Positions 19,339-30,422 are shown, counted from the first letter of the stretch. The stretch: 64,000 bases of DNA from Bacteroidales bacterium (GCA_017940465.1 JAGAYN010000044.1:3662-67661), one strand, 5' to 3'. Numbers and translations are program-made. Notes: generated by a model from the sequence alone, not told the origin.

Positions 19339-20348
19339 TCTCCCGATACAAACGCCGCAACGCTGCAACCCTCATGGACTGCCCCTATCCGAAGCCTGTC
19401 GCCATTGTCGGACTGGGCACACATTGTATCACCAACATCGTTCCCGTACTCGAACAATTGCGTGTTCCCATCAGCCACATCCTTGTTCGCTCTCCACACA
19501 TCGCATCGGTTGTAGCCCGTCGTTTTCCCGATGCCAACCTTGTGGACTCCATCCCCCCTGTCCTCGACGATCCGTCGGTGAAAACGGTCTTCGTTGCCAC
19601 CCCCGCCACGACACACCTCGCCCTCGTCAGCCAACTCTTGCAAAGCAGCAAAAACGTATTCATCGAGAAACCGCCCTGCGAGACTCTCGCCGAGCTGCAC
19701 CAACTCATACTTTTACGCAAAAACGCCATCGTGCAGGTGGGTTTGCAGAAGCGCTTCGCTCCTGCCGTAAGGGTTTTGCAGAGGCAACTTGGCAGACACC
19801 GTGCCGACCACTACCTTCTCCGCTACGGCACAGGAGCCTACCCCGAGGGCGACGCTCTTACCGACCTTTTCATACACCCTCTCGACCTTGCCGTCCATCT
19901 CTTCGGTCCAGCCGAGGTGGTGAGCATTGTCCGTTCTCCGGACAACACCATCCTTCTTCACCTCGACCACAACGGAACAAAAGGAGCCCTCGAGCTCTCC
20001 ACCTCATACTCTTGGCAGCAGCCGGTCGAGGAACTGACCGTGGTCACAAAGGACGGCGTCTACAGCTTGGAAAGCACCGACTGCCTGAGCTTCTCTCCGC
20101 GTCCCCACTCCTTCATAGGTATTCCTTTGGAGAAAATCCACCCTCGGCATCCCACCAACGTCACCCTCTACCATCGCGACACCTTCTCCCCCGTATTCTC
20201 AGCCAACAGACTCGTATCCTCCGGCTTCTACTACGAAATCGAAGCTTTCCTCAGCGCCCTGCAGCACAACTCACCCAAAGGGCTGACCACACTCGAGTCC
20301 CTTATCCCCGTGTATAAGATAATGGAATCTATTTCACGCGGTAAGTAA
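19323..20348 (+). CDS. Gfo/Idh/MocA family oxidoreductase
   Basis: Rossmann-type N-terminus VAIVGLGTHCITNIVPVL and an EKP motif (FIEKPPCE). ATG 19323 overlaps the radical SAM gene by 16 nt. Confidence 0.7.
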   Translation: MFQDIISRYKRRNAATLMDCPYPKPVAIVGLGTHCITNIVPVLEQLRVPISHILVRSPHIASVVARRFPDANLVDSIPPVLDDPSVKTVFVATPATTHLALVSQLLQSSKNVFIEKPPCETLAELHQLILLRKNAIVQVGLQKRFAPAVRVLQRQLGRHRADHYLLRYGTGAYPEGDALTDLFIHPLDLAVHLFGPAEVVSIVRSPDNTILLHLDHNGTKGALELSTSYSWQQPVEELTVVTKDGVYSLESTDCLSFSPRPHSFIGIPLEKIHPRHPTNVTLYHRDTFSPVFSANRLVSSGFYYEIEAFLSALQHNSPKGLTTLESLIPVYKIMESISRGK

Positions 20349-20589
20349 ACCTGTCGATTTTTCCGACACCCATCTCGCCGAGGCGGGCTGCCGTACGGGC
20401 GCAGTCCGCCTCGGTGTTGCATTCGGCTATCTGCGGCACGCGGACAATGACATGCTCCGGGCCTGCCAGCGACAGCAGCAGCGCGAGGTTGTCCCAGGCG
20501 CGGGCACTGTCGGCCTGCCGCTGGGCGTGAGCCGCCACGGCCACCGCTGCCATCAACGCTTTCAGCACTATGCGTTTCATGTCATTCAT
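20329..20589 (-). CDS. Small secreted hypothetical protein
   Basis: 86 aa with a signal-peptide-like N-terminus (MKRIVLKALMAAVAVAAHAQ). Lies 18 nt downstream of tcdA on the same strand. Host-like GC. Confidence 0.45.
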   Translation of the reverse strand: MNDMKRIVLKALMAAVAVAAHAQRQADSARAWDNLALLLSLAGPEHVIVRVPQIAECNTEADCARTAARLGEMGVGKIDRFTYRVK

Positions 20590-20607
20590 GTACCCTTTGC
20601 CTTTTTA

Positions 20608-21423
20608 TTACGTCAATTCCCGTGAACAGATGTCCTGCATGACGAGGCCCGCGAGGGTGAAGCCGTAGATGGCTGTGATGTGGGCCAGGGAGCCGTTGAT
20701 CTGTGCCTTGGAGGTGCACCACTCGTGGTTGAGCAGGTCCTGCCGCCCCTCAACCTGTTCGGCCTTGGGACAGAGGCAGGCCGCCGTGCCGCACGAGCGC
20801 ACCGCCTGCCCCAGATTGGGCAGCACCTCGGGGCTCCACACGCACTGGAACTTCCGCTGCGGGAAGCGTTTCTGCCGACGCATCCTGCGACGCAGCACCG
20901 CCGCCAGCGGGCAGCCGTCGACCTTCCAGAACTCGCTGACGCGCACCTGCGTGGGGTCCATCTTCAGGGCCGCTCCCATGGAGCTGAAAAAACGCGGCGC
21001 GCCGGAAACAGTGGCGCGGATGATGAGCTCCAGCTTGTCCTTCAGGCTGTCGATGCAGTCTATCACGTAGTCATACCCCTCCAGGTGGAAGCTGTCGGCG
21101 GTCTCGGCGCAGAATATCTCCTGCAGGGCCGTGACATCGGCGTAGGGATTGATCTCCAGCAGGCGGTCGCGCAGGGCGTCCACCTTCACACGTCCCACGG
21201 TGCGGGTGGTGGCCATGCTCTGGCGGTTGATGTTGGTGACGCACACGCGGTCGGAGTCCACCACGGTGATGTGCCCCACCCCGCTGCGCACCAGGCTCTC
21301 GGCGCACCATGACCCCACGCCGCCCACGCCGAAGACGATGACCCGCGCCGCCCGCATCCGCTCCATCGCCGCCGCGCCCACCAGGAGCTCCGTGCGGTTG
21401 AGTATGCCTTTTTCTGTTGTCAT
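20608..21423 (-). CDS. tcdA: tRNA threonylcarbamoyladenosine dehydratase (ThiF/HesA family)
   Basis: VIVFGVGGVGSWCAESLVRSGVG and VVDSDRVCVTNINRQ. An alternative start at 21444 is possible. Confidence 0.8.
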   Translation of the reverse strand: MTTEKGILNRTELLVGAAAMERMRAARVIVFGVGGVGSWCAESLVRSGVGHITVVDSDRVCVTNINRQSMATTRTVGRVKVDALRDRLLEINPYADVTALQEIFCAETADSFHLEGYDYVIDCIDSLKDKLELIIRATVSGAPRFFSSMGAALKMDPTQVRVSEFWKVDGCPLAAVLRRRMRRQKRFPQRKFQCVWSPEVLPNLGQAVRSCGTAACLCPKAEQVEGRQDLLNHEWCTSKAQINGSLAHITAIYGFTLAGLVMQDICSRELT

Positions 21424-21485
21424 CCGATATATTTCTTTCAGCAACAGGGGGATAACGCCCTCGCGACGGCTTTATTGCGCAGGGC

Positions 21486-21612
21486 TCGATTTTTTGATTT
21501 TTTTTGCCCCGGAGGAGGAAAAATGCAGGATTACAACAGGCTGGAAACCAACATTCTGTATGCTATAGGTTTTGCTCCCCTTTCTATCCACCTGGTCTCC
21601 TCCAAGGGGGCT
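21486..21612 (-). repeat. Conserved 3' element family, copy D (inverted, not attached to a cassette)
   Basis: The reverse complement reads GGAGCAAAACCTATAGCATACAGAATG...CAGCCTGTTGTAATCCTGCA. This matches 10060-10090 and 59889-59910. Confidence 0.55.
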
Positions 21613-21674
21613 GCCGGGCGGCAGGCGGGGATGAACTGTTTTTCATCATCGCTTGCCGAATGCAAATAATTTCG

Positions 21675-21682
21675 TATATTTG
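21675..21682 (+). promoter_or_regulatory. -7 box (TATATTTG) of the DPP-IV promoter
   Basis: TTCGTATATTTGCATT lies 35 nt before the ATG at 21717. Confidence 0.55.
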
Positions 21683-21716
21683 CATTTTGTATCATTGTAA
21701 AAATAATCTGCACGGA

Positions 21717-24014
21717 ATGAAGAAACTCGTTGTCTTTATGGCACTTGCACTCGCAGCAGGCATCGGCGCACCCCATGCCCAAAAACACGACATCACCCTC
21801 GAGGACATCTGGACCCGCCGCACTTTCAGTCCCCAAGGCATCGGCGGCATACGCTCCATGAACGACGGGGAGCACTACCTCAGCATGACCCGCATCGGCA
21901 TCACCAAATACCAATACGCCACCGGCGAGAAGGTGGTGGACCTCTGCCTCTTCGCCTCCCCCGACATGCGCAAGTTCGCGGCGCCCCTCCCCCCCATGGA
22001 GGGCTACGCCATGAGCCAGGACGAGCAGAAAATCCTCCTCTCCAGCGGCTTCGAACCCATCTACCGCCACAGCGGCGTGAGCGACTACTGGCTCTACGAC
22101 GTGCAGCAGCGCGGCTTCATGAAGCTGACCCGCGGCGGCAAGATGCGCCTGGCCGAACTCAGCCCCGACGGCACCAAGCTGGCCTTCGTGCGCGACAACA
22201 ACCTCTACTGGATGGACCTCCAGAACCTCGAGGAACACCAGATTACCACCGACGGCCGCGTGAACGCCGTCATCAACGGCACCACCGACTGGGTCTACGA
22301 GGAGGAATTCGCCATCACCAAAGGCTTCGCCTGGAGTCCCGACTCGAAGAAGATAGCCTACATGCGCTTCGACGAAAGCAAGGTCAAAGAGTACAACATG
22401 CAGATGTGGGGAGCCCTCTACCCGGAGGACTACCGATACAAATACCCCAAGGCCGGCGAGGACAACAGCGTGGTGACCATGGGCATACACAACCTGGAGA
22501 ACCCCAAGGCCTTCGCCCCCGCCATCACCCAAATCAACGCCGACAACCGCAAGTATTGGGAGTACATCCCCCGCTTCCAGTGGGCCGATGCCAACACACT
22601 GACCGTCATGCGTATGAACCGCCTGCAGAACCACATGCAAATCCTCGCCCTCGGCGCCAATGACGGCGACAACAAGGTGACCACCCTCTACGACGAGCAG
22701 GACGCCGCCTACGTGGAGGTGCCAGACACCTGGCAGTTCATCACCGTTGGAAAAGGAAAGAAAGCCCAGCAGCAGATGCTCATCACCAGTGAGCGCAACG
22801 GCTACCGCCACGTGTACCTCTACGGCATGGACGGCAAGCTGGTCCGCCAGGTGACCACCGGCGAGTGGGAGGTCTGCGCCGTCGAGGGCGTGGACGTGAA
22901 GAACAACCGCCTCTACTACACCAGCCGCGAGCACGGCGCCATCAACAAGAGCCTTTACCGCATTAACCTTGACGGCAAGAAGAAGCAGTGCCTGAACTAC
23001 AAGGTTGACAGCGACATTGCCAAGGCGATATTGAGCCATCCGAAACTTCACCAGAGAGAAGACAACATTTTTCTCGGCACATACAACGCCACTTTCAGCA
23101 ACGGATGCAAATACTACATCTGCACCTTCAGCGATGCCAATACAGCCCCCGTCTATACTTTGCACGATGCCAATGGCAAGATAGTCAAACTACTGGAGGA
23201 CAATGCATCTTTATCCGCAAAAATGCACGACTACGGCACCGGCAGCAAGAACTTCGGCACCTTCACCACCAGCCACGGTACCGAACTGAACTGCTACATG
23301 ATTACCCCGAAGGGATTCGACCAATCAAGCAAGCGCTATCCCGTGCTCATCTATGTCTACGGCGGCCCCGGCAACCAGCAGGTGACCAACAGCTATGGCT
23401 ACTCGGACTACTACTGGTACCACATGCTGGCAGAGAAGGGCTATATCATAATGTGCTTCGACGGGCGCGGCACCGGCGGCCGCGGAGCGCAGTTCAAGAA
23501 GCAGACCTACGGCGACCTGGGCCGCATGGAATGCGAGGACGCCATCGAGGCCGCCCGCTGGCTGGGACAGCAATCGTGGGTCGACAAAGAGCGCATCGGC
23601 ATCTGGGGCTGGAGCTTCGGCGGCTACCTCTCCACCCTCGCCCTCCTCAAGGGCAACGACGTCTTCAAGGCCGCCATCGCCGTGGCCCCGGTGATGAACT
23701 GGCGCTACTACGACAACATCTACACCGAGCGCTTCCTCGGCCTGCCCAAGGACAACGCCAAGGGCTACGACGACAACTCGCCCCTCAACTTCGCCGACCG
23801 CCTGCAGGGCAACTACCTCCTCATCCACGGCACCGGCGACGACAACGTCCACTTCCAGAACACCGCCGAGATGGTGGACCGCCTGCAGCGCGCCGGCAAG
23901 CACTTCGAATTCCAAATCTACCCCAACAAGAACCACTCCATCTACGACGCCACCGGCCAGACCCGCCTCAACCTCTACCAGACCATGACCGATTTCATCC
24001 AACGCAAATTATAG
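21717..24014 (+). CDS. Dipeptidyl peptidase IV (S9B family)
   Basis: The signal peptide starts at ATG 21717 ([22 protein letters not shown]). Propeller motif DWVYEEEF, catalytic Ser context GWSFGGY, and HGTGDDNVH. Confidence 0.9.
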   Translation: MKKLVVFMALALAAGIGAPHAQKHDITLEDIWTRRTFSPQGIGGIRSMNDGEHYLSMTRIGITKYQYATGEKVVDLCLFASPDMRKFAAPLPPMEGYAMSQDEQKILLSSGFEPIYRHSGVSDYWLYDVQQRGFMKLTRGGKMRLAELSPDGTKLAFVRDNNLYWMDLQNLEEHQITTDGRVNAVINGTTDWVYEEEFAITKGFAWSPDSKKIAYMRFDESKVKEYNMQMWGALYPEDYRYKYPKAGEDNSVVTMGIHNLENPKAFAPAITQINADNRKYWEYIPRFQWADANTLTVMRMNRLQNHMQILALGANDGDNKVTTLYDEQDAAYVEVPDTWQFITVGKGKKAQQQMLITSERNGYRHVYLYGMDGKLVRQVTTGEWEVCAVEGVDVKNNRLYYTSREHGAINKSLYRINLDGKKKQCLNYKVDSDIAKAILSHPKLHQREDNIFLGTYNATFSNGCKYYICTFSDANTAPVYTLHDANGKIVKLLEDNASLSAKMHDYGTGSKNFGTFTTSHGTELNCYMITPKGFDQSSKRYPVLIYVYGGPGNQQVTNSYGYSDYYWYHMLAEKGYIIMCFDGRGTGGRGAQFKKQTYGDLGRMECEDAIEAARWLGQQSWVDKERIGIWGWSFGGYLSTLALLKGNDVFKAAIAVAPVMNWRYYDNIYTERFLGLPKDNAKGYDDNSPLNFADRLQGNYLLIHGTGDDNVHFQNTAEMVDRLQRAGKHFEFQIYPNKNHSIYDATGQTRLNLYQTMTDFIQRKL

Positions 24015-24019
24015 TCACC

Positions 24020-24769
24020 ATGAAACGAATAACCATCCTCGCCCTGTTGGCCACCGCCACCCTGTATGCCTCGGCGCAGCTGACCTACGGCGTCCGCGCC
24101 GGCCTGGGTCTGGCCACCATGAAAGACGACTTGAGCACCCACCGGCCCATCCTGGGAGTGAACGCCGGAGCCTACCTCGACTACTCCTTCGCCTGGAGCG
24201 AGAGCGTCATCGGACAGATGATACACCTCCAGGCCGGCCTGAACATGATGCGCAGGGGTTGCGACTACCGCAACGTGTTCGAGAACGTCACAGACATCAG
24301 CATCCGCACCGGCCACTACCACGCCTGGTACCTCCAGATGGTGCCCGTCACGCTGGGCTTCCAGTACGAACTGCCCATCCGCTCGCCCGGCCACGTGGTG
24401 GGCTTCTTTGTGGGGCCGGCCGTCAGCGTGGGCCTCTTCGGAAGCTACGAAGACCGGATGGTACACCCCCACTCGCCCGACCGCAACACCAACTACGACA
24501 TCGCACGCGACGGCACCAGCGACGACCTCAAGGTGTTCAACCACCTGAACCGCCTCGACGCCAGCATCCTCGTAGGCTTCTCCTACCACCGTGGGAAAGC
24601 CGCCCTGTCGTTCCACATCGACCACGGCCTCACCGCCACCTCCGAAAGCGACGACATCCTCCGCATCATCGAAAGCCAGCAGGCAGGGAACGCCGAGCAC
24701 CCGCAAGTCCCCAACGGCCACAACGCAGCCTACATCCTCTCCTTCAGCTACCAGCTGGGGAAATTCTAA
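24020..24769 (+). CDS. Outer membrane beta-barrel (porin-family) protein
   Basis: Signal peptide [20 protein letters not shown], alternating beta-strand pattern, C-terminal YQLGKF. Confidence 0.75.
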   Translation: MKRITILALLATATLYASAQLTYGVRAGLGLATMKDDLSTHRPILGVNAGAYLDYSFAWSESVIGQMIHLQAGLNMMRRGCDYRNVFENVTDISIRTGHYHAWYLQMVPVTLGFQYELPIRSPGHVVGFFVGPAVSVGLFGSYEDRMVHPHSPDRNTNYDIARDGTSDDLKVFNHLNRLDASILVGFSYHRGKAALSFHIDHGLTATSESDDILRIIESQQAGNAEHPQVPNGHNAAYILSFSYQLGKF

Positions 24770-24795
24770 TCCTATATATAAAAGACAGACACAAC

Positions 24796-26307
24796 ATGGT
24801 ACGCGTAAGATTCGCCCCCTCCCCCACCGGTCCGCTCCACATCGGCGGCGTCCGCACCGCCCTCTACAACTACCTCTTCGCCCGCCAGCAAGGCGGCAAG
24901 ATGATTCTCCGCATCGAAGACACCGACCAGACCCGCTTCGTGCCCGGTGCCGAGCAATACATCATCGAAGCCCTCGACTGGCTGGGCATCCAATTCGACG
25001 AAGGGGTCCACCTCGGAGGCCCCTATGGCCCCTACCGCCAGAGCGACCGCAAGGAACTCTACCGCCAATACGCCGAGCAACTCATCCGCGACGGCTGGGC
25101 CTACTACGCCTTCGACCGCCCCGAAGCCCTCGAAGCCAAGCGCAAAGAATATGAGGCACAGAAGAAGACATTCCAATACGACTGCACCACACGCGCCAAC
25201 ATGGAGAACAGCCTCACCATGCCCGCCGAAGAGGTGCAGCGTCGCCTTGCCGACGGCGAACCCTATGTGCTACGCTTCAAATTCCCAGACAACACCGACA
25301 TCACCGTCCACGACCTCATCCGCGGCCAAGTCACCATGAACAGCCGCCTGCTGGACGACAAAGTGCTCTTCAAGAGCGACGGCATGCCCACCTACCACCT
25401 GGCCAACATCGTGGACGACCACCTGATGGAAATCACCCACGTCATCCGAGGCGAGGAATGGCTCCCCTCGGCACCGCTCCACGTGATGCTCTACAAGGCC
25501 TTCGGCTGGCAGGCGCCGCAATTCGCCCACCTGCCCCTGCTGCTCAAGCCCGAAGGCAACGGCAAGCTGAGCAAGCGTGACGGCGACCGCCTGGGATTCC
25601 CCGTCTTCCCCCTGGAATGGCACGACCCCAAGAGCGGCGAAGTCTCCAGCGGATACCGCGAACAGGGCTACCTGCCGCAGGCCGTGGTCAACATGCTCGC
25701 CCTCCTCGGCTGGAATCCCGGCAACGACCAGGAGATGATGTCCATAGACGACCTCATCCGCCTCTTCAGCATAGAACACATCAGCAAGAGCGGCGCCAAG
25801 TTCAACCTCGACAAAGCGCGCTGGTTCCAGCACGAATACTTCCAGCAACTGCCCGACGAACAGGTGGCCGACATGCTGGAGGCGCAGGTGAAGGAGCACG
25901 GCATCGAGGCGGGACGCGACTACATCGTCAAGGTAGCCGCCATGATGAAGGAGCGCATCACCTTCCCCAGCGAACTGTGGGACACCTGCTGCTACTTCTT
26001 CCAAGCCCCCACAGAATACGACCCCGCCGCCGTCAAGAAGCGCTGGCAACCCGGCATGGAGACCCACATGGCCAAGGTCATCGAGCTGCTGAACACCGTC
26101 CCCTTCGAGTACGACGCCCTCCACCAGGCCCTCCTCGAGGACTACATCAAGGGCAACGGCCTCAACACCGGAGCGGTGATGAACTCACTGCGTCTCTCGG
26201 TAGTGGGCAAGACGGTCGGCCCCGACATGCTGACGCTCGTCATGATGCTCGGCAAGGAAGAGGTCATCCGGCGCGTGGAACGGGCCATCGCGAACATCAA
26301 GAACTGA
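24796..26307 (+). CDS. gltX: Glutamate--tRNA ligase
   Basis: Class I motifs [13 protein letters not shown] (HIGH) and KLSKR (KMSKS-type). Confidence 0.95.
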   Translation: MVRVRFAPSPTGPLHIGGVRTALYNYLFARQQGGKMILRIEDTDQTRFVPGAEQYIIEALDWLGIQFDEGVHLGGPYGPYRQSDRKELYRQYAEQLIRDGWAYYAFDRPEALEAKRKEYEAQKKTFQYDCTTRANMENSLTMPAEEVQRRLADGEPYVLRFKFPDNTDITVHDLIRGQVTMNSRLLDDKVLFKSDGMPTYHLANIVDDHLMEITHVIRGEEWLPSAPLHVMLYKAFGWQAPQFAHLPLLLKPEGNGKLSKRDGDRLGFPVFPLEWHDPKSGEVSSGYREQGYLPQAVVNMLALLGWNPGNDQEMMSIDDLIRLFSIEHISKSGAKFNLDKARWFQHEYFQQLPDEQVADMLEAQVKEHGIEAGRDYIVKVAAMMKERITFPSELWDTCCYFFQAPTEYDPAAVKKRWQPGMETHMAKVIELLNTVPFEYDALHQALLEDYIKGNGLNTGAVMNSLRLSVVGKTVGPDMLTLVMMLGKEEVIRRVERAIANIKN

Positions 26308-26339
26308 ACATCCAGACCCACGAAGTAAAACCCATCAAC

Positions 26340-26933
26340 ATGAATAGAACCAGCATCTTCGCGGCCACCGCCGCCCTTGCGCTTGCCCTTGCGGCATGCA
26401 ACAGCACAGACACCAAGCAGAACCCTGCCGCCACCGCCCCTGTGGTGGCCGAAGGGGGGCTGAAAATCGCCTATGTCGACACCGACACCCTCCTGGCCCA
26501 CTACCAGTACGCCAAGGACCTCGAGGCCGAACTCCTCGCCTATCGCAACCAGCAGGAAGCCAGCGGCCGCAGCCAGATGGAGAAGTTCCAGAAGGACTAC
26601 CAGGACTACCTCAAGAACGGAGCCTCCATGACCCTCAGCCAGCAGCAGGCCAAGGAGGCCGAACTCAAGCAGCGGGCCGAGCGCATGGCCACCCTCGAGC
26701 AGGAACTGGCCGCCAAAATCATGGAACGCCAGATGACCGAGAACACCAAACTGCTCAACGCAATATTCGCCTTTGTGCGCGAATACAACGAGCAGAACCA
26801 GCGCTTCGACGTCATCCTGCGCAAGACCTTCGAGAACTCACCCGTGCTCTACCTCAACCCCGCCATGGACATCACACAGGAAATCCTCGACGGGCTGAAC
26901 ACCGAATACGAGCAAGTGAAGAAGAACAAATGA
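26340..26933 (+). CDS. OmpH/Skp family periplasmic chaperone
   Basis: Signal/lipobox LALALAAC. About 197 aa, coiled-coil-rich, with YVDTDTLL and a Q/E/K-rich core. Confidence 0.8.
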   Translation: MNRTSIFAATAALALALAACNSTDTKQNPAATAPVVAEGGLKIAYVDTDTLLAHYQYAKDLEAELLAYRNQQEASGRSQMEKFQKDYQDYLKNGASMTLSQQQAKEAELKQRAERMATLEQELAAKIMERQMTENTKLLNAIFAFVREYNEQNQRFDVILRKTFENSPVLYLNPAMDITQEILDGLNTEYEQVKKNK

Positions 26934-26982
26934 ACCCCAAGGGCCGCCCAGCGGCCCTTTCTTTATTGCCCGACGCCGCGGC

Positions 26983-28065
26983 CTATCGCACGAAGCGGCC
27001 GCGCAGGGCGGTGAATGTCTTGCGACGGAGCAGGTAGTACTCCGGAAGGATGCGCCCCTGATAGAGGGACGAGACGTTGTGCTGGTGCAGCGCCGCGCGC
27101 TTCTCGGCCAGCCGGTGCCGCTGCTCCCTGTACTCGCGGTGCGCCTTGCCCACGGCGAGGAACTCGCCCATATGCCCCCCGCAGAGGAATTTCACAGCCG
27201 CCAGCCAGTCGAGCACCATACGCAGCCGAATGACACGCTTCACCCTCGAGGCGGGCAGGTTCTTGTACAGCATGGCGAGGTTGTTGCGGAAGTTGAGCTG
27301 CGTCTTGAAGGGCGACGACTTGGGAAGCGTGCCGCCGCCGACATGGTAGACCGTGGAACGCGGGCAATAGCGGACGCGATAGCCGGCATTCTTCACCCGC
27401 CAGCAGAAGTCGATCTCCTCCATGTGGGCGAAGAAGTCGCCATCCAGTCCGCCCACCTTGTGCCACACCACGGATTTGACAAACATCGCGGCACCGGAAG
27501 CCCAGAAGATGTCGGCCTCGTCGTCGTACTGCCCGTGGTCGCGTTCGAGGGTGGTAAAGAGGCGGCCCCTGCAGAAAGGGTAGCCGAAGGTGTCGATGAA
27601 GCCGCCGGCGGCGCCGGCATACTCGAAGGAGGTCTTGCGGTCGTACATGAGGAGCTTGGGCTGCGCCACCGCCACACGCCAGTCCCTCTCCATCATCGCC
27701 ACCACGGGCTGCAGCCAGTGGGGCGTGCACTCCACGTCGGAGTTGAGCAGCACATAGTAGTCGAAGCCCTGGGGCTGCAGGGCGAGGAGGGCGCGGTTGT
27801 AGCCCTCGGCAAAGCCGTAGTTGCGGTCGAGGAGGATGAGCGGCAGGTCGGGATAGCGTTCCCGGAGGAAGGCTACCGAGTCATCGGTCGACCCATTGTC
27901 GGCCACAATGACCTGCGACTCCAGCTCCAGCGGCGGCGTGTTGGGCACCTGCCACCCGGCCTCGCCGGGGTTGGAGAGGAGGGAATACTTTACCACCGAC
28001 GGCAAGAAGCGCTCCAGCATGGAGCGTCCGTTCCAGTTGAGTATGACGACAGCCAGTTTGATCAT
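26983..28065 (-). CDS. Family 2 glycosyltransferase
   Basis: The ATG at 28065 gives MIKLAVVILNWNGRSMLERFLPSV. GT2 fold with an NSDVE (DxD-like) motif. The longer listed ORF is an upstream extension. Confidence 0.85.
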   Translation of the reverse strand: MIKLAVVILNWNGRSMLERFLPSVVKYSLLSNPGEAGWQVPNTPPLELESQVIVADNGSTDDSVAFLRERYPDLPLILLDRNYGFAEGYNRALLALQPQGFDYYVLLNSDVECTPHWLQPVVAMMERDWRVAVAQPKLLMYDRKTSFEYAGAAGGFIDTFGYPFCRGRLFTTLERDHGQYDDEADIFWASGAAMFVKSVVWHKVGGLDGDFFAHMEEIDFCWRVKNAGYRVRYCPRSTVYHVGGGTLPKSSPFKTQLNFRNNLAMLYKNLPASRVKRVIRLRMVLDWLAAVKFLCGGHMGEFLAVGKAHREYREQRHRLAEKRAALHQHNVSSLYQGRILPEYYLLRRKTFTALRGRFVR

Positions 28066-28874
28066 GATGCAGGGCGTTGGTGTTTCCAGCGGCGATGGCT
28101 CCAGAGCCAGTACTCGGGCCGCTGCATGATTTGTTGTTCCAGGGTACGCGCGTAGCGTTCCACAATGGTATACTGCGGCACCTCCAGCGGATTGAGGCAG
28201 AGGGGGGAGAGGGTGACACGGTAGCGTCCGCGCGACACCTTGTCCACCACGTAGTAGAAGACCGGCAGGTCGTACTTGCGGGCGAAGTTCTCGGCCCCGT
28301 AGAGGAAGGGGGTGTCCTGGTGGAGGAAGTGGGTCCAGTAGGCGCGGTCGGGGTGCGGAGGCGACTGGTCGCTGAGCATCATCAGGGCGCAGGGCACACG
28401 GTGGCGGTGGTAGAACTCCACCGTCTGGCGCACCGTGTCGGCATAGACCACCTGAGTCCCGTAGCGTGTGCGCCGGCGCAGTACCCACGGCTCCAGCCAC
28501 CGGCTGCCGAGGGGCTTGCCCACGCCTATGCCATGGTGGTGGAACTGCATGTTGAGCGACGTGACCATGTACTCCCAATTATTGTAGTGGGCCGACATCA
28601 GGACCACCGACCGCCCCTGACGGAAGTAGGGCTCCAGCAGCTGGGGATTGGCCACACGGTAGCGTTTGAGGATGGCCTGCGGCGAGGCGAAGAGGTTGTA
28701 GAGCCCCTCCACCAGGAGGTCGCACAGGTGGTGGTAGTAGCGCCGTTCAATGCTGCGCAGTTCCTTCTCCCCTTTCCCAGGGAAGGAGGCAGCCAGGTTG
28801 CGCCGCACCACGGCGCGTCGATAGCCCGCGAGGCGGTAGGCGACAAGGTAGATTATGGCGGAAAGGAGCCTCAA
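28062..28874 (-). CDS. LpxL/HtrB-type lipid A biosynthesis (lysophospholipid) acyltransferase family protein
   Basis: HYNNWE catalytic motif and an N-terminal membrane anchor. 4-nt overlap with the GT2 gene. Confidence 0.75.
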   Translation of the reverse strand: MRLLSAIIYLVAYRLAGYRRAVVRRNLAASFPGKGEKELRSIERRYYHHLCDLLVEGLYNLFASPQAILKRYRVANPQLLEPYFRQGRSVVLMSAHYNNWEYMVTSLNMQFHHHGIGVGKPLGSRWLEPWVLRRRTRYGTQVVYADTVRQTVEFYHRHRVPCALMMLSDQSPPHPDRAYWTHFLHQDTPFLYGAENFARKYDLPVFYYVVDKVSRGRYRVTLSPLCLNPLEVPQYTIVERYARTLEQQIMQRPEYWLWSHRRWKHQRPAS

Positions 28875-28892
28875 GGGGTGCTGGACTGGAGG

Positions 28893-30422
28893 TTAATAGC
28901 CACGGTTGAACTGCTCGCCCACGGCACCCACCATGTTCTCCGGCAGCTGCTGGCGGCAGAGGCGGCGCTCCCATCCGGCCTCCTGCACCTCGCCGCGGGC
29001 GTTGCTGTTGAGGAGCTTGTAGAAGCCCGACCGGTGCTCGTCCCAGAAGAGGAACACACGGTTCGGGTCGTCGGTGGCCAGTTTGTTGTAGCGCCAGAGC
29101 TGGTACGGGAGGTAATAGACATGGCCCTGCGACTCGCTGGCCGAGGGGTCCTCGCCACCGCCGCCGCTCTCGCCGACGGTGATGCCGCGCGTGTTGCTGT
29201 GGGCCGCGTTGAGGTAGCGCGCGGAGACGTAGTTCTTCTCGTCGCGGATGAAGTCGGGCGGGCCGTACTGGAGGTAGACGCGGCCGCGGTCGGTGTGGAT
29301 GCCCGGCGTGCGGGGATAGCTGAACTGGGCCTGCACATAGTCCACCCGCTCCTTGTATTTCAGCCATGCCGCCTCGGGCGCCACGGGGTCGCGCTTGGTC
29401 CAGAAGCGGTAGAGGAACGCCTGCTTCTCCTCCAGCCCGGGGCGGCTGATGAGGTCGCGCGCCGCATCCTTCTCGTGTTCCGACGCCAGGGGGTAGAGGG
29501 CATCGATGTAGAGCGCGAGCTGCTGCTCGTCGGTGTAGCGGCCGGCAAACGTAGTCGCGAAGTCGCTGATCTCCACTCCCTTCACACCCGGGTTCGAGCG
29601 GAAGAAGGGAAGTTTCTTGTAGAGCATGAGCTGGTTTTCGGCGTTGCGCAGTTCCACCACCAGGTTGTAGTTGCCCGAAGGGAGGTGCGAGATGTCGAGC
29701 GAACCGTAGACGGGCACCACCTTCTCGCTGTATTTGCGGCGGGCCAGCTGCTGCCCCTCGAAGCGCGAGCCCGTCTCCTGCTGCTCCACGAAAGCGAGGG
29801 CGAGGAAGGGCTTGCGGCCGGTCTCGCGGTCGATGTTGTAGATTTCGTAGTAAAAGTTGAGCTGGTCGACGCTTTCGGGCAGGAAGTCGCTCACATAGGG
29901 CTCCATGTCGTAGCCGCCGCGCGAGAGGTTGTTCTCGCGTTCGGTGGGGGTGGCCGAGGCGATGAGCTGGATGCTGGAGAGCGACGGGTGCTGGGCGTCG
30001 TAGTTGATCACCAGTTTCTCCGCCACGACGGAGGGCTCGGCATCGGCAAGCTTGTCGCGCACCGAGAGTTCGAGGTCGTAGATGCCGTTGCGCATGGGGA
30101 AGCGCTGCAGGTCGAGGAAGGTGAAGTCGAGCTCGTCGAGCGACGCCACGGTGGGGCTGTTGAGGTCGTATTTCCGCAGGAAGCAGACCGAGTCGCCTTG
30201 CTTGAGGAGCAGCACCACCTCGGCCGTGGCGCGGTAGACGCCGTCGGGCTGGCGCTCGAACTGCATGGTCCACGCGTCGAAGGAGAGGTAGGTCTCCACA
30301 TAGGGGCTCTGGCGGTCGGCCAGCCAGAAGGTGCTGTAGCCGAAGAGGGCCTGCATCCTGGGCTGGGCCTGGGCGGTGGCCAGGAGGGCGGCCAGGGATA
30401 GGAATAGGATTGTCTTTTTCAT
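28893..30422 (-). CDS. GWxTD-domain protein
   Basis: Signal peptide MKKTILFLSLAALLATAQA. C-terminal block PGIHTDRGRVYLQYGPPD is typical of the GWxTD domain. Confidence 0.7.
   Translation of the reverse strand: MKKTILFLSLAALLATAQAQPRMQALFGYSTFWLADRQSPYVETYLSFDAWTMQFERQPDGVYRATAEVVLLLKQGDSVCFLRKYDLNSPTVASLDELDFTFLDLQRFPMRNGIYDLELSVRDKLADAEPSVVAEKLVINYDAQHPSLSSIQLIASATPTERENNLSRGGYDMEPYVSDFLPESVDQLNFYYEIYNIDRETGRKPFLALAFVEQQETGSRFEGQQLARRKYSEKVVPVYGSLDISHLPSGNYNLVVELRNAENQLMLYKKLPFFRSNPGVKGVEISDFATTFAGRYTDEQQLALYIDALYPLASEHEKDAARDLISRPGLEEKQAFLYRFWTKRDPVAPEAAWLKYKERVDYVQAQFSYPRTPGIHTDRGRVYLQYGPPDFIRDEKNYVSARYLNAAHSNTRGITVGESGGGGEDPSASESQGHVYYLPYQLWRYNKLATDDPNRVFLFWDEHRSGFYKLLNSNARGEVQEAGWERRLCRQQLPENMVGAVGEQFNRGY

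Noticed and set aside
21504-21716. N-terminal extensions of listed ORFs: DPP-IV from 21504, recQ to 36824, adhesin to 39505, C10 peptidase to 43363, GT2 to 28578, gltX from 24259, ompH from 25617, OMP from 23105.
   Set aside because: The extensions are R/P/G-rich read-through of upstream sequence. Internal ATGs give canonical signal peptides or family-typical N-termini and fit the neighbouring gene ends and promoters.
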